Notes: generated from the sequence alone by a model not told the origin. Shown: positions 19,230 to 30,551, counted from the stretch's first letter. The stretch: DNA of 64,000 bases from Thermoplasmatota archaeon (GCA_963818745.1 CAWFTI010000003.1:77212-141211), one strand, 5' to 3'. A program made the numbers and translations.

Positions 19230-20252
19230 ATGGACATACTCGGATTCTCGGCACTGGCGGCGGTCACCATCATCATGACCCTGGGGTTCGATTTCGTCAA
19301 CGGGTTCCACGACTCCGCCAACTCGATCGCGACGATCATCGCGACGAAGGTGCTCTCGCCCTTGGCGGCGGTCAGCATGGCGGCGGTCTTCAACTTCCTC
19401 GGCATCATGCTGGGCCAAGAGGTCGCGAAGACCATCGGCAAGGGCATCATCGACACAGACCTGTTGAGGGACTACGGCATCCTGCTGCTGTTCTGCGCGG
19501 TGACCGCGGCTCTGATATGGGACCTGATCACATGGTGGTGGGCGATACCCACCTCCAGCAGCCACGCGCTCGTGGGCGGTCTCATAGGCGCCGGTTGTGC
19601 CGTGGCGGCCCTCGATGCGGTCGTCTGGTCCGGAACCCTGAAGACCATCGCGTTCATCGTGATCTCCCCTGCGGTCGGCCTGGTCGCCGGCTTCGCTCTC
19701 ATGATCGTCGTGATGCGGGTCGCGGGGCGCGTGAGCAGGACGACGGTCAACAAATGGTTCAGGAAGCTCCAGATCCTGTCCTCCGCTTCCTACTCTCTCG
19801 CTCACGGTACGAACGATGCCCAGAAGGGTATGGGAGTGATTGCCATGATTCTCATCATCGAAGCGGGGAGCGACCCCTCTTCGGCCGTTTTCAGCGTGCC
19901 ACTCTGGGTCCGATTGGCATGCGTGTCCGCGATCGCCTTCGGGACATTCTTCGGCGGCTGGAGGATCGTCAAGACGATGGCCTCCCGCATAACCAAACTC
20001 GAGCCCTACCAGGGCTTCTGCGCGGAGACGGGCGCAGCTGCGATGTTGTTCACGACCGCCAGCATGGGAGTCCCGGTGAGCACGACCCACACGATCTCAG
20101 GTTCCATCATGGGCGTGGGCGCCACGAAGCGTTTCTCCGCCGTCAGATGGGGAGTCGGGAGAAAGATAGTCATTGCCTGGATAGTGACGATACCGGCGGC
20201 AGCGACGATCTCGGGATTGTTGTTCCTGCTGCTGCGGGCTCTCGGCGTGTGA
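19230..20252 (+). CDS. pit: Inorganic phosphate transporter, PiT family
   Basis: GFDFVNGFHDSANSIAT and the repeated GTNDAQKGMG signature; polytopic. Confidence 0.85.
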   Translation: MDILGFSALAAVTIIMTLGFDFVNGFHDSANSIATIIATKVLSPLAAVSMAAVFNFLGIMLGQEVAKTIGKGIIDTDLLRDYGILLLFCAVTAALIWDLITWWWAIPTSSSHALVGGLIGAGCAVAALDAVVWSGTLKTIAFIVISPAVGLVAGFALMIVVMRVAGRVSRTTVNKWFRKLQILSSASYSLAHGTNDAQKGMGVIAMILIIEAGSDPSSAVFSVPLWVRLACVSAIAFGTFFGGWRIVKTMASRITKLEPYQGFCAETGAAAMLFTTASMGVPVSTTHTISGSIMGVGATKRFSAVRWGVGRKIVIAWIVTIPAAATISGLLFLLLRALGV

Positions 20253-20266
20253 GAATGATCTGCCGC

Positions 20267-21241
20267 TCAGTCGGCCTTCGCGTTGCTGAGTATCTGTGAT
20301 TCGACGACAGCCCCGTCCGGGACGGTCACCCCCGCGTCGATTATCGAGTCCCTGATCCTGCACCGGGTGCCTATCCTGGCGTCCTCGAAGACGACCGAGC
20401 GCTCGATCGAGGACCTCGGGCCGACGACGACGCGCTCGGATATGTACGCGTTGGGTCCCACGACTGCGCCCGCGACCACCGAGCCGTCCGCGACGACCAC
20501 CGGCTTCTTCAGGACCGCACCCTCGACCGCGCTCTTCCTGCTCAGGCTCTCGGTGTCCCCCATCTTGGCCCAGAACGCGTTCAGCAGGCTCTCCCTGGTC
20601 CCGCAGTCTATCCAGTAGCCCTCGAACCGCATGCCGTACATGCCCTTGCCGAGCAGCTTCGGGAATATCTCCCGCTCCATCGAGACGAACCCCTTGCCGA
20701 TGTAGTCTAGGACCTCGCGCTCGAGCGCGTACGCGCCCGCGTTGATGAGCTTCGAGAAGGCCTCCTCCCTCTTCGGCTTCTCCTGGAACCGCCGTATCCT
20801 GCCGTTCTCGTCTATGTCGGCGATGCCGAACGGCGAGGGGTCCTCGACCTCCCACAGGGAGATGGACGCGATGCCCTTCCTCTGCCTGTGGAACCTGACG
20901 AACTCGGTGAGGTCGAGGGACCAGAGGCTGTCCCCGTTGATGACTAGGAATGTGCCGTCTATGTAGTCCTCCACGTTCTTCACCGCGCCCCCGGTGCCGA
21001 GCGGCTGCGGCTCGTCCACGAGCGTGATCTTCCGCTTGGGAGGATTCCTGCGAAGGTACGCCTCCATCACGTCCTTCTTGTAGCTCACGGGGACGATTAT
21101 CTCGTCGACCTCCGCGGGCAACGAGTCTACAACATGCATGATGAGCGGCTTGCCCATGACGGGCACGAGCGGCTTCGGTATGCGGTATGTCAGCGGCCTC
21201 AGGCGCGTGCCCATGCCTCCGACCAGCAGAACTGCCTTCAT
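20267..21241 (-). CDS. Sugar-1-phosphate nucleotidyltransferase with a C-terminal left-handed beta-helix (GlmU/RmlA-like)
   Basis: MKAVLLVGGMGTRLRPLT signature and a hexapeptide-repeat C-terminus. Confidence 0.8.
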   Translation of the reverse strand: MKAVLLVGGMGTRLRPLTYRIPKPLVPVMGKPLIMHVVDSLPAEVDEIIVPVSYKKDVMEAYLRRNPPKRKITLVDEPQPLGTGGAVKNVEDYIDGTFLVINGDSLWSLDLTEFVRFHRQRKGIASISLWEVEDPSPFGIADIDENGRIRRFQEKPKREEAFSKLINAGAYALEREVLDYIGKGFVSMEREIFPKLLGKGMYGMRFEGYWIDCGTRESLLNAFWAKMGDTESLSRKSAVEGAVLKKPVVVADGSVVAGAVVGPNAYISERVVVGPRSSIERSVVFEDARIGTRCRIRDSIIDAGVTVPDGAVVESQILSNAKAD

Positions 21242-21328
21242 CGAGCCCGAGGAACGGTTTGGACGTATAAAAGCATCCGCCGGGACGTGGCCGAGGCTAT
21301 GCAGAAGTCTTCGGAGCAGAATGAGCCG

Positions 21329-21544
21329 TTACTTGGGGGCTATGCTGACGACGTTGTTGCCGCGCAGAATGACAGTCCCGAGCCTCTTGACCTGGTCCCC
21401 GTTCGTCTCTTCCGTGTCCTCGAGGACCATGTTCAGATAGTCGTCGAACCCCGTTAGTGTACCCTCTAGGACCCTGCTGTCCTTGAGCAGCAGGGAGACC
21501 TTCCTGTTCATCGATTTCTCGAGCAAGCTTAGAGGCATCACCAT
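21329..21544 (-). CDS. Sm-like archaeal protein (LSm/SmAP)
   Basis: Sm1/Sm2 motifs: VSLLLKDSRVLEGTLTGFDDYLNMVLED ... VILRGNNVVSI. Confidence 0.85.
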   Translation of the reverse strand: MVMPLSLLEKSMNRKVSLLLKDSRVLEGTLTGFDDYLNMVLEDTEETNGDQVKRLGTVILRGNNVVSIAPK

Positions 21545-21622
21545 CTAAATCACATTCTGGTCAATGCTCACTTCTGACTTAAACCTTTGCGTAGCGTGCC
21601 GCGGCTGCCAGGATGTCCAGGG

Positions 21623-22141
21623 TCAGCGGGTCGTCCTGCCGCCCTTCTTGGTGAGCTCGGCCTCGAACCAGGCCTTGACCTCGCCCCTGGAGCGCGCGTC
21701 GATCCCGAAGGTCTCGATGAACCTCTTGGTGGTGGTCACCTGCACGCTGTTCTTCTTCGGCTTCGTCTTCACGAGCCCCAGGTCTTCAAGGGTCTTCACG
21801 TGCGCGTACACCTTGTTCCCTATCAGGTCGAACAGCTTGCTCTGCAGGACGGGCTGGTAGTACGCGATCAGCGAGGCGGTCTTGAGGACCTCCTTCGGTA
21901 TCTTCAGGTCCGCGAGCATCGACGCGTAGTTGTCGTAGTCCTTCTTGACCTGCATCGCGTACCTCGGGCCCATCTTCGAGATCTCTATCGCCCTCTCCGA
22001 GCCGTTGTACTCGTCCGTGAGCTTCTCGATGGCCGCCCTGATGGTGCGCGCGTCCAGGCCCGAGATCTGCTGCAGTTCAGTGACTGTTATCGGCTTGTTC
22101 GCGGAGAACAGCTCCGCCTCGACGATCCTTTCGCTCTTCAC
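21623..22141 (-). CDS. scpB: Segregation and condensation protein B (ScpB)
   Basis: Winged-helix ScpB sequence IVEAELFSANKPITVTELQQISG. The GTG start overlaps the scpA stop. The upstream part of ORF 21623..22264 is out-of-frame overlap. Confidence 0.75.
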   Translation of the reverse strand: MKSERIVEAELFSANKPITVTELQQISGLDARTIRAAIEKLTDEYNGSERAIEISKMGPRYAMQVKKDYDNYASMLADLKIPKEVLKTASLIAYYQPVLQSKLFDLIGNKVYAHVKTLEDLGLVKTKPKKNSVQVTTTKRFIETFGIDARSRGEVKAWFEAELTKKGGRTTR

Positions 22142-23061
22142 TTGACCACCGGCACATTCTCTACCTGTGTGCTCACGACCGTCGTCGCGTCTTCGAGCTG
22201 CACGATGTCCCATGGGACCTTGACCTCGACGAATATATCCCCGTAGGGCAGCGACTCCTGCCATATGGACAGCTTGCCCATCCTCGCGAGGTAGAGGACT
22301 GACACGAACACCGTTATCCTGTCCTCCTTGCCCGATGTGTACAGGTCGGCCGCGGAGATCGGCCCGTGGCCGTACTTCTGGATGCGCTCCCAGATCATCG
22401 CGATGTCGTCCTCGAGGTTCTCCTTGTGGGCCTTGTCGTCGAAATCGGGCCTGCGGTACTTCTGCATGAACTTGGAGAGCTCCTGTCTGATGTCGCTCTC
22501 CTTCTTAGCCTCCTCGAATGCGTCCAGTAGGTCGATGAGCGTGACGGGCCTGTCGGACTTGCGCCTGATCTTCTCCGCGATGGGCATCTCCTCGTTGTGC
22601 AGGAGCGCCTCGCCCGAGCCGAGCTCGAACGGGTCGACGAACATGTCGAACCCCTCGGGGTTCCATCCGTCGAAGAGCATCTCGACCTGCTCGGGCCTGT
22701 CGACCCTCGCGAGCGCCTGCTCGCTCTGGAGCTTGAGTATCTCCCACGCCATGTACACTATCTTGCCGGCGATAAGGAGGTTGATCTCCGAGGCCTTCCT
22801 GACCCTGCTCAGGTACATCTTCGAGAACTCGATGAGGTTGATGTCCCAGGGGTTGAACTTCTGCTGCACGACGAGCTCGAACAGGAGCGCCACGCTCCTC
22901 TCGAACGGGTCGTCCGAGGGCATCAGGGTGCCCTTCTGGAGCTCGTTGACCATGGCGAGGTAGCTCTCGATCCTGCTCTCCTGCTCGTCGTCCTCGATGA
23001 TGGCCTTCTGGAACATCAGGTGGTTCAGGATCTGGCCGCAGTCCGTCTCGACGGTCATCAT
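22138..23061 (-). CDS. scpA: Segregation and condensation protein A (ScpA kleisin)
   Basis: MMTVETDCGQILNHL...FNPWDINLIEFSKMYL (ScpA N-terminal motif). The ATG at 23061 overlaps the smc stop. The N-terminal 276 aa of ORF 22138..23889 is a shadow frame inside smc. Confidence 0.8.
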   Translation of the reverse strand: MMTVETDCGQILNHLMFQKAIIEDDEQESRIESYLAMVNELQKGTLMPSDDPFERSVALLFELVVQQKFNPWDINLIEFSKMYLSRVRKASEINLLIAGKIVYMAWEILKLQSEQALARVDRPEQVEMLFDGWNPEGFDMFVDPFELGSGEALLHNEEMPIAEKIRRKSDRPVTLIDLLDAFEEAKKESDIRQELSKFMQKYRRPDFDDKAHKENLEDDIAMIWERIQKYGHGPISAADLYTSGKEDRITVFVSVLYLARMGKLSIWQESLPYGDIFVEVKVPWDIVQLEDATTVVSTQVENVPVVK

Positions 23062-26000
23062 GCCTGGCCCGCCTCCTGCTGCCCCTGCGCGTCCGCGGCG
23101 TCGTCCGATGGCACGTCCGCGCCTTCGCCGATGTTCGGCCGCATCACGATCTCGGACACTGCCTCCCTCGGCATCGTGACCCCGATGATGTGGTCCGACT
23201 CCTTCAGCGTGACCTTCCTGAGCGAGATCTGTATGAACTGGGCGTTCTTGGAGCTCCTCTTGACGGCCTTCGCGACGTTCTCCGCGTTGATGCCGTCCAG
23301 GAACATGTCCACCTCGTCCAGCAGGTAGAACGGCGAGGGGTCGTGCGCCTGTATCGCGAATATGAACGCCAGCGCCGTCAGGCTCTTCTCGCCGCCTGAC
23401 AGGGCCTCCATCCTGACGACCTTCTTGTCCCTCGGCCTGGCCTTGATGATGAGCCCGCCCGCGAGCGGGTCCTGCTCGTTCTCCAGCAGGAGCTCGGCGT
23501 CCCCTCCTGCGGACAGCTCCGCGAATATCTTCTTGAAGTGGTCGTTGATCCCGGAGAATATCCTGTTGAATCCGAGCTTCTTCTTCTCGTTGAGCTCGGC
23601 CACGAGCCTGAGCAGGTTGGTCTTCTGCTTGTCGAGCTGCGATATCTCTCCCTTGAGCTCGTCGAACCTGGCCTTCTTCTCGTCGAACTCGTCGATGGCC
23701 TTCAGGTTGACCGCCCCGAGCGTGTTGATGTACTTCTCGCACTCGTTGACCGTGACCTTGAGGTCCTCGGCAGAGGGCAGCTCGGCCGGCAGCTTGACAT
23801 GCGAGAACTGCTCCAGCTCGGCCTGCGATTCCTGGAGCCTCTTGTCCGCGTCCGCCACCTTGGTCTGCAGGCTCATGACGAAGTCGCACCCGGTCTGTAT
23901 CTTCGTGACGGTCTTCTCGATGCTCGCATCGGTGTCGGTCTTCTTCTTGTAGAGCGAGTCGCGCCTGGTCCTGAGCGAGTTGAGCTTGTCGCCCATCGAC
24001 CTCTCCATGTTCAGGAGCGCCTTGAGCTCGGTCTCGAACTGCACCTGCTTCTCGGCGCTCTCCTTGGCCTTCGCCTTCTGCTCGGCGGTCTTCTCCTCGG
24101 TGTTCGCGACGCCCGTCTCCAGCTCGTTCTTCCTGCCAGTGACGAGCTCTATCTGCTTCGTGAGAGTCTGTATCTCGGAGTTGAGGTTCGCGACCTCGTT
24201 CGTGAGCCCGGCTATCTCAGACTCGAGCTTCTTGAGCTGCTGGGACAGCTCGTGGGGCGTGGCCTCCAGGAGCTTCTTGTCCCTCGACTCCTTCTTCTTC
24301 TTCGTCTTGTCGATGTCCTCTGTGAACCGTGAGACGTCCCCCTTGACCCTTCTCCATCAGGTCCAGGGTCTCGGAGAGCTCCTTGTTCTTGGCCGCCAGC
24401 TCGGAGTCTATCGAGGCGAGCTTCTGGTCGAACTCCTTCCTCTTCGTCTCGAGCGCGCCCAGCTTGACGCTCTCCCCGCCGTCCTTGGCGTTCGTGTCCC
24501 TGATCTTCCCCTCGAGGTCCGCCAGCTGCAGCCTGAGCCGGCTCAGCTCCTCCTGGACCTTCTCGGCCTCTTCGACTGCCGTCCTCAGCTCCGAGGCCTT
24601 CTTCTCGATCTTGCTCTCGGAGGGCGCGCCGAACTTCATCAGGTTCTTGTCGAGCGTGCCGCCGATCATCGCCCCGCTCGCCTCTGCGAGCTCTCCCTCG
24701 AGCGTGACCAGCCTCACGCCGCCCATGAGCTTCCTGGCATCGCTGAGGTTCTTGACCACGACAGTGTCGCCGAAGACGAACCAGAAGGCGGTCCGGTACT
24801 TCTCGTCGAACCTGACCAGGTCTATCGCGAACCCGGGGCCGCTGTTGGCCGCCAGGATCGCCTTGCCCCTGGGCCTTCCGTCTATCATCTTGTTGAGCGG
24901 AAGGAACGTGGCCCTGCCGAGCTTGTTCTTCTTCAGGTATTCGATGCAGCTCGATGCGACCTCGTCCGTGTCCACGACGATGGACTGCATCCTCGCGCCG
25001 GCGGCGACGTTGAGCGCGGTCTCGTAGTCCTCCTGGACGTCCGCGAGCTCCGCCACGGTGCCGTGTATCCCCTTGATCGCGCCCCTGTCCCTCGCCTCGA
25101 TGAGCGCGGTCGTGGCCGAGTTGTAGCCCCTCTTGACCATGTCCGCGGCCTCGGCCTCCGCCCTGAGCTGGTTGTACTCCCGTGTGAGGCTCTTGATCGC
25201 GTTGTCGAGGTCCTGGTACTGCTGCATCAGCTTCTTCTCGCGGTTCCTGGCAGCGTAGTACTCCTCCTGGAGCTTCTTGACCCCCTGGGTGGAGGTCTTC
25301 GCCTCGCTCTTCAGCTCCTTGATGGACCATTCGGCGTCCTTGAGCTCGAACTCGTAGGTCTTCTTGGTCTCCTCGAGGTTGGCGATGTCTATCTTGAGCC
25401 TGGAAATGCGCTCGCCGAGCCTGTCCTGCTCGAGGTTGAGCGCGTGTAGCTTCTCCTCCTTCGATGTGACTGCGACCGAGAGCTCCAAGACCTCCTTCTG
25501 GAGGGTGTTGAGCTCGGAGTCCGATTTGGACAGCTCGTCCTGGTGTCCCTGGAGCTTCTCGCGCTTCTCCTCGAGCGCAGCGGACTTCTCGGCCTGCTGC
25601 TCCTTGAGCGGCGCGAGCTTGTCCTCGAGCGTCTTCAGGTCCTTCAGGACGGCCTTGAGGTCCTCCGTCTGGGCCCTCTTGACGTCCTTGAGCGACTCCT
25701 CCATCTCCTGGGCGTTCGTGCAGGCGTCCTTGGCCCTGGCGATCTCGATCCGGAGGCTGTCTATCTTCTCCTTGATCTGCTTCGCCTCCTCCCCGCCCCG
25801 CTCTTCGATCTCCTTCTCGACTGCGGTGAGGTCCTCTCCTATCTTCGCGAGGCTCTCGGTCAGCTCCTGCTTCTTCGCCTCGGACTTCTCCTTCTCGGCG
25901 CTGTAGTTGGTGATCTGCTCGTTGATTGACGATATCTCCCGCTCCACGGCCTCCTTGCGCTTGAGCGCCAGGCCGGCCTTGGCGACGCTGAGCCTGTCGT

Positions 26001-26670
26001 GCAGGTCCTTGTACTTCAGCGCCCCCTCGCTGTCGTTCTCCAGCTGCTTCATCTGCTTCTTGATCTCGTCGAGGATGATCGACAGGCGGCCGATGTTCTC
26101 CTCCGCGGACAGCCTCTCCTTCTCGGCGCTCTGGATGTCCTCGTCGAACTTCGTGATGCCGGATATGTCGTCGAGTATCCTCCTGCGCTCCAGGTTGCTC
26201 ATCTCGACTATCCTCGTGATGTCCCCCTGCTGGACGAAGTTGTACCCGTCCGCGCTTATCCTCGCGTTGGCCAGCAGGTTGTCGAACTCTCCGAGGGAGG
26301 ACTTCCTGTCGTTGACGTAGAAGTATGAGTAGTACCCCTCGGTGTTGTCGGATATCCTCACGAGCCTCGTGAGCTTGACGGTGTTCGAATCGATCGGTAT
26401 GAGCCTGTCGGCGTTGTCGAACAGTAGGCTGACCCTGCACTCCGAGGCAGGCTTCCTCTCCTTCCCGCCGTTGAATATGAGGTCAGTGAGCTTGCCCGCC
26501 CTGATGACCCTCGAGCTCTTCGGTCCGAGCACGAACAGGATCGCGTCGGCGATGTTGGACTTCCCCGCTCCGTTCGGGCCAGTGACAGCGGTGTATCCCT
26601 CGAGCAGTGGGAGCCTCGTCTTCTTCGCGAATGACTTGAAGTTCTCTAGTTCGATCTCCTTTAGGTACAT
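23058..26670 (-). CDS. smc: Chromosome segregation ATPase SMC, frame interrupted once in the coiled-coil
   Basis: N-terminus MYLKEIELENFKSF...VTGPNGAGKSNI (Walker A), a hinge, and C-terminal LSGGEKSLTALAFIFAI plus YLLDEVDMFLD (signature and Walker B). ORFs 24217..26778 and 23058..24044 join through a +1 shift near 24343-24351 (...LMEKG/KGDVSRFTEDIDKTKKK...). Confidence 0.9.
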
Positions 26671-26810
26671 CGTACTCGACCCCATCCAGGATGCGAAAAC
26701 GGGCCCTGATTGAGTCGCAGCTCGCGAGCTGTTATCTGCATCCCATCCATACGAGTCCGACATATGTCGGACAGACAATAAAATGGGCTAGCGAGTATAT
26801 AATACTTCGG

Positions 26811-27945
26811 TCAGGTAGGGCCCGACAGGGCCCTGTACACAGCCAGGAGTTCCTCCCTGCTGCGCTCCCAGGAGAGATTCCGGTCGTAGTACGCCCTGCC
26901 CTTGGCCCCCATTTCGTCGAGGAGCTTCGGTGTCTTGGCGGCCTCGAGGACCGTCTTCCTGAACGCCTGAGCGTCGTACGGGATCACGAACCCGCAGCCA
27001 GCCTCCTTCACCCTGGCGGCCATGTCCAGCCCTTCGGAGGTGACGACCGGCCTGCCGGACGCCATCGCGTCGAGTATCTTGACCGGGATGCTGGCCTTGT
27101 AGTTGGGATTGGTCGGATCGAGCATGCAGACGACCAGGTCGCTCGCCCAGGTGACCCTGAGCGCCTCGTCGGTCGGGAGCGTGCCCAGGAACCTGACAGC
27201 CCCGTTCTCGCCGGCGGCCTTCTCGGGGACCGGCCTGAGTGTGCCGTTCCCGCCGAGCACGACCGTGACGCCGTCCTTAGGGCCGAAGACTGGTGGAGAG
27301 CTCCTGGACGAACCTCCCGGGCTCCAGCGAGCCGAGGTAGGATATCACGAACCCCTTGAGGCCGTACCTCTCCCTGACCGCGGCCTTCGTGGTCCCCTCG
27401 AGCACCGACGGGTCAGGGCTGTTGGTGACTATCCTGACCTTGACCTTCCCTCCGCTCGATAGCTGCTCCGAGAAGGCCTCGCTGGTGGTGATGATGGCGT
27501 CAGCCTTCCCTGACATGCACCTCTCGATCTTCCAGACCGCGCTCGACAGGCTCCCGACATCCTTCTCGATCATCCTCGCGTAGAGGTCGTGCGCGTCGTA
27601 CAGCAGGGGCTTGCCCGTCAGCTTCGAAAGGGCCATCCCGAGCGGCAGGGTGTCGAAATCGTTCGCGTGGATGACATCGAACTCCATCCGTCTGGCCTGG
27701 CCGAGCGCCTTGAGCCAGAACAGGGGCAGGCGGGACATGACCTTGCCCGCGGACCTGAATGGGCATCGGGGGCCCACCCTGCGGATATCGATGCCGTCCT
27801 CCGTCGCCTTCGCCGGGAGGGTGCCTTCCCTGTCCCAGGCTATCAGCTTCACCGGGATCCCGGCCTTCAGCAACGCCCTCGACTCCCTGAGCACCCGAGG
27901 GTCGGGCCTGTACGGGTTCGAGAGCAGCATCAGGGTGGATGGCAT
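26811..27945 (-). CDS. Glycosyltransferase family 4 (GT-B, group 1), frame interrupted once
   Basis: The N-terminal ORF 27277..27945 and C-terminal ORF 26811..27260 join by a +1 shift near 27285-27294 (...FVQELST/VFGPKDGVTVVLGGNG...). Confidence 0.75.
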
Positions 27946-27993
27946 CGCCTGGTGAATCCTCTCAGGTGGTATAAAAGAGGTTCAAGGCGCCGC

Positions 27994-28944
27994 TCAGAGC
28001 CGGATCGACTTCTTCTCCGCCATGGAGCGCTTGGCCGCCTCGATGAGCTCGACCGTCTTCACGCCCACGGAGCCGCTGTTCCTGGTCTCCGTCATCGGGT
28101 CCCCGATGGACTTCACGAAGTGCACGAGCTCGTCCCTGATGGTGTTGTTCCGCTCGATCCCGAGCTTGTACGTGTACCCGCTCTCGTGGACCGTGACTTC
28201 CTGCGCGACGGCGTCTATGATGGCGGACCGGTTCTCCCCGACCAGCATGACCTGCCTGGTCTTCTTGGGTATGAGCCAGCTCACGTTGGACATGGCGATC
28301 ATGCCGTCCTTGTACTTGGACAGCACGTAGGCGGTCTCCTCGCCCTCCCTCCTCCTGTACGGCCCGCCCATGCAGCTGATCTCCTCCGGCCACTGGTTCA
28401 GGAGGTAGTTCTGTATGTCGAACATGTGCGGGGCGAGGTCGTACAGCACGTCCCTGTCCCCCCAGGGCTTCTCGAGGTTGGTCCAGGTGAGCTCCATCAG
28501 GAACAGCTTCCCGAAGAACTTCTCCTCCTTGATCAGCCTCCTGACCTCGGCCAGGGCGTTGTTGAACCTGAATATGTGGCCGACCGAGAGCGTCAGCCCC
28601 TTCCTCTGCGCCAGCTCGACCAGCTCCTTGCCCTCCTTCGATGTGAGGGTTATGGGCTTCTCCACGAGCACGTGCTTGCCCATCTCGAGGGCGTCCTTGC
28701 ATATCTGGTAGTGCAGCTGGTTGGGCGTGGATATGCTCACCGCGTGCAGGTCCTTCTGCGCGAGGAGGTCCTTGTAGCTCGCGAAGCCCGTGGCGACGCC
28801 GTACCGCTCCCTGCAGAACGCCATGTTCTTCTCGTCCAGGTCGGACACGCCCATCAGGCTCACGTTCTCTATCTTCGAGAACTCGTCGACGATCTTCTTG
28901 CCCCAGTATCCTACACCTATCACACCGACGTTGAACTTGGCCAT
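27994..28944 (-). CDS. Gfo/Idh/MocA family NAD-dependent oxidoreductase (WbpB-like sugar 3-dehydrogenase candidate)
   Basis: N-terminal Rossmann fold VGVIGVGYWGKK, the EKP motif (VLVEKPITL), and its context next to a DegT aminotransferase. Confidence 0.8.
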   Translation of the reverse strand: MAKFNVGVIGVGYWGKKIVDEFSKIENVSLMGVSDLDEKNMAFCRERYGVATGFASYKDLLAQKDLHAVSISTPNQLHYQICKDALEMGKHVLVEKPITLTSKEGKELVELAQRKGLTLSVGHIFRFNNALAEVRRLIKEEKFFGKLFLMELTWTNLEKPWGDRDVLYDLAPHMFDIQNYLLNQWPEEISCMGGPYRRREGEETAYVLSKYKDGMIAMSNVSWLIPKKTRQVMLVGENRSAIIDAVAQEVTVHESGYTYKLGIERNNTIRDELVHFVKSIGDPMTETRNSGSVGVKTVELIEAAKRSMAEKKSIRL

Positions 28945-28956
28945 GTCCTAACCCTC

Positions 28957-30060
28957 CTACTTGAAGAACTCCTTGACGCTGTCACAGACGTACTTGACCT
29001 GCTCGTCCTTGATGTCCGCGAACATGGGAAGAGAGAGCTCCTCGGCGAAGCATCTCTCGCTGATCGGAAGCATGCCCTCCCTGAACCCGAACATCTGCTT
29101 GTATATCGGCTGCAGGTGGATGGGCTTCCAGTAGTGCACCCCCGTGCCGACGCCTTTCGAGTCCAGGAACTTCTTGAGCTCGTCCCTCTTGGCGGTCCGT
29201 ACCGCGTACAGATGGAACACGGGCGTGACGTCCTTCGTCGGCTGCGGAGGCAGCTTCAGGTCCCCGACGCCCTTCAGGAGTTCGTCGTACTTCTTCGCGG
29301 CCTCCCTGCGCTTCTCGTTCCAGCCCTCGAGCAGCTTGAGCTGCTCTATCCCTATCGCCGCGTTGACCGTGTTGAGCCTCGCGGTGTACCCGACTACGTC
29401 GTGTTCCTCCCGCCCGTCCTTGACGTTCCTGCCGCAGTTCCTGTACTTCTTCATCGTGTCCGCGAGCTTCGGGTCGTTCGTCGTGATCATGCCGCCGTCG
29501 CCCCCGACGGTCATGTTCTTGGTGGAGTAGAACGAGAATGCGGCCGCGTGCCCGAGCGCGCCCGCGCGCTTGCCTTTGTATATCGCGCCGTGCGCCTGAC
29601 ACGCGTCCTCGAGAACCAGGATGTCCCCGGCCTTCCTCGCGGCCTCGTTGATCTCGTCCATCCTGCAGGGGTGACCGTACAGGTGCACGGGTATGATCGC
29701 CTTGGTCTTCGGGTCGAGCTTGAGCTTCGAGGGATCGAGCGTGTACTCGTTCTCGATGACCTCGGAGAACACGGGCACCCCGCCGAACGGAACGAAGGCG
29801 TTCGTGGTCGCTATGAATGACAGCGACGACGTGGCGACCTTGTCCCCCGGCCTCATGCCCTTGGCCAGGAGCACCATCTGGAGCGCGGTCGTCCCGGAGT
29901 TCACGGATATCGCGTGGTCGGTGCCGCACATCTTGGCGAACATGTCCTCGAACTTGAACACGCTCTCCCCGAGGAGAAGGCGCTCGTTCCTGAGGGCGTT
30001 GGCCGCGGCGTCGATCATCTCTTTCGTCATCACAGGCGACGCGAAGGGTACCTTCATCAT
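28957..30060 (-). CDS. DegT/DnrJ/EryC1/StrS family PLP-dependent sugar aminotransferase (WbpE-like)
   Basis: MMKVPFASPVMTKE..., the FSFYSTKNMTVGGDGG lysine motif, 367 aa. The upstream part of ORF 28957..30465 is an out-of-frame shadow over the acetyltransferase gene. Confidence 0.85.
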   Translation of the reverse strand: MMKVPFASPVMTKEMIDAAANALRNERLLLGESVFKFEDMFAKMCGTDHAISVNSGTTALQMVLLAKGMRPGDKVATSSLSFIATTNAFVPFGGVPVFSEVIENEYTLDPSKLKLDPKTKAIIPVHLYGHPCRMDEINEAARKAGDILVLEDACQAHGAIYKGKRAGALGHAAAFSFYSTKNMTVGGDGGMITTNDPKLADTMKKYRNCGRNVKDGREEHDVVGYTARLNTVNAAIGIEQLKLLEGWNEKRREAAKKYDELLKGVGDLKLPPQPTKDVTPVFHLYAVRTAKRDELKKFLDSKGVGTGVHYWKPIHLQPIYKQMFGFREGMLPISERCFAEELSLPMFADIKDEQVKYVCDSVKEFFK

Positions 30061-30551
30061 CTCTTCTTCCTCCCGATCTTCTTCTTGGGCTTGCTCGATC
30101 GTGATCTCCTGATTATCCTCGCGGGAACGCCGACGACCGTCGCGTTCGCAGGGACGTCCTTGGTGACGACCGCCCCCGCGCCGACTAGAGCGTTCTCGCC
30201 TATGGTTACGCCGCAGACTATGGTGGCGTTGGCTCCTATGGACGCCCCCTTCTTGACGAGCGTGGGCGTCATGGTCCAGTCGCCTACGGCCTTCGGGACC
30301 CTGTCGTTCGTGAAGCAGACATGTGGTCCGATGAGCACCTCGTCCTCGATCGTGACACCAGAAGGTATGAACGAGAACGGCTCGATCTTGCACCTGTCGC
30401 CGATGACCACGCCTTTCTGTATGTCGACATGCGTGCCGATCTTGCAGTCCTTGCCTATCCTGCACGCGAATATGTTGACGAAGTCCCTGACGATGGTGCC
30501 CTCTCCGATGTCCGCCTTCTCGATCGTGTAGTACTTCGCTCTCAGGTCCAT
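30057..30551 (-). CDS. Hexapeptide-repeat (LbH) sugar N-acetyltransferase (WbpD-like)
   Basis: Imperfect hexapeptide repeats (IGEGTIVRDFVNI, IGDRCKI, IGANATI, IGENALVGAGAVV). The stop overlaps the aminotransferase start (ATGA). The start is ATG 30551 or 30608. Confidence 0.8.
   Translation of the reverse strand: MDLRAKYYTIEKADIGEGTIVRDFVNIFACRIGKDCKIGTHVDIQKGVVIGDRCKIEPFSFIPSGVTIEDEVLIGPHVCFTNDRVPKAVGDWTMTPTLVKKGASIGANATIVCGVTIGENALVGAGAVVTKDVPANATVVGVPARIIRRSRSSKPKKKIGRKKR

Noticed and set aside
27589-29820. A 743-aa ORF on the + strand, the longest in its neighbourhood.
   Set aside because: It lies antisense to three well-supported genes (GT4, Gfo/Idh/MocA oxidoreductase, DegT aminotransferase). 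Its translation is Arg/Leu/Pro/Val/His-rich low-complexity sequence with no motifs. This is a typical shadow ORF of a GC-rich genome.
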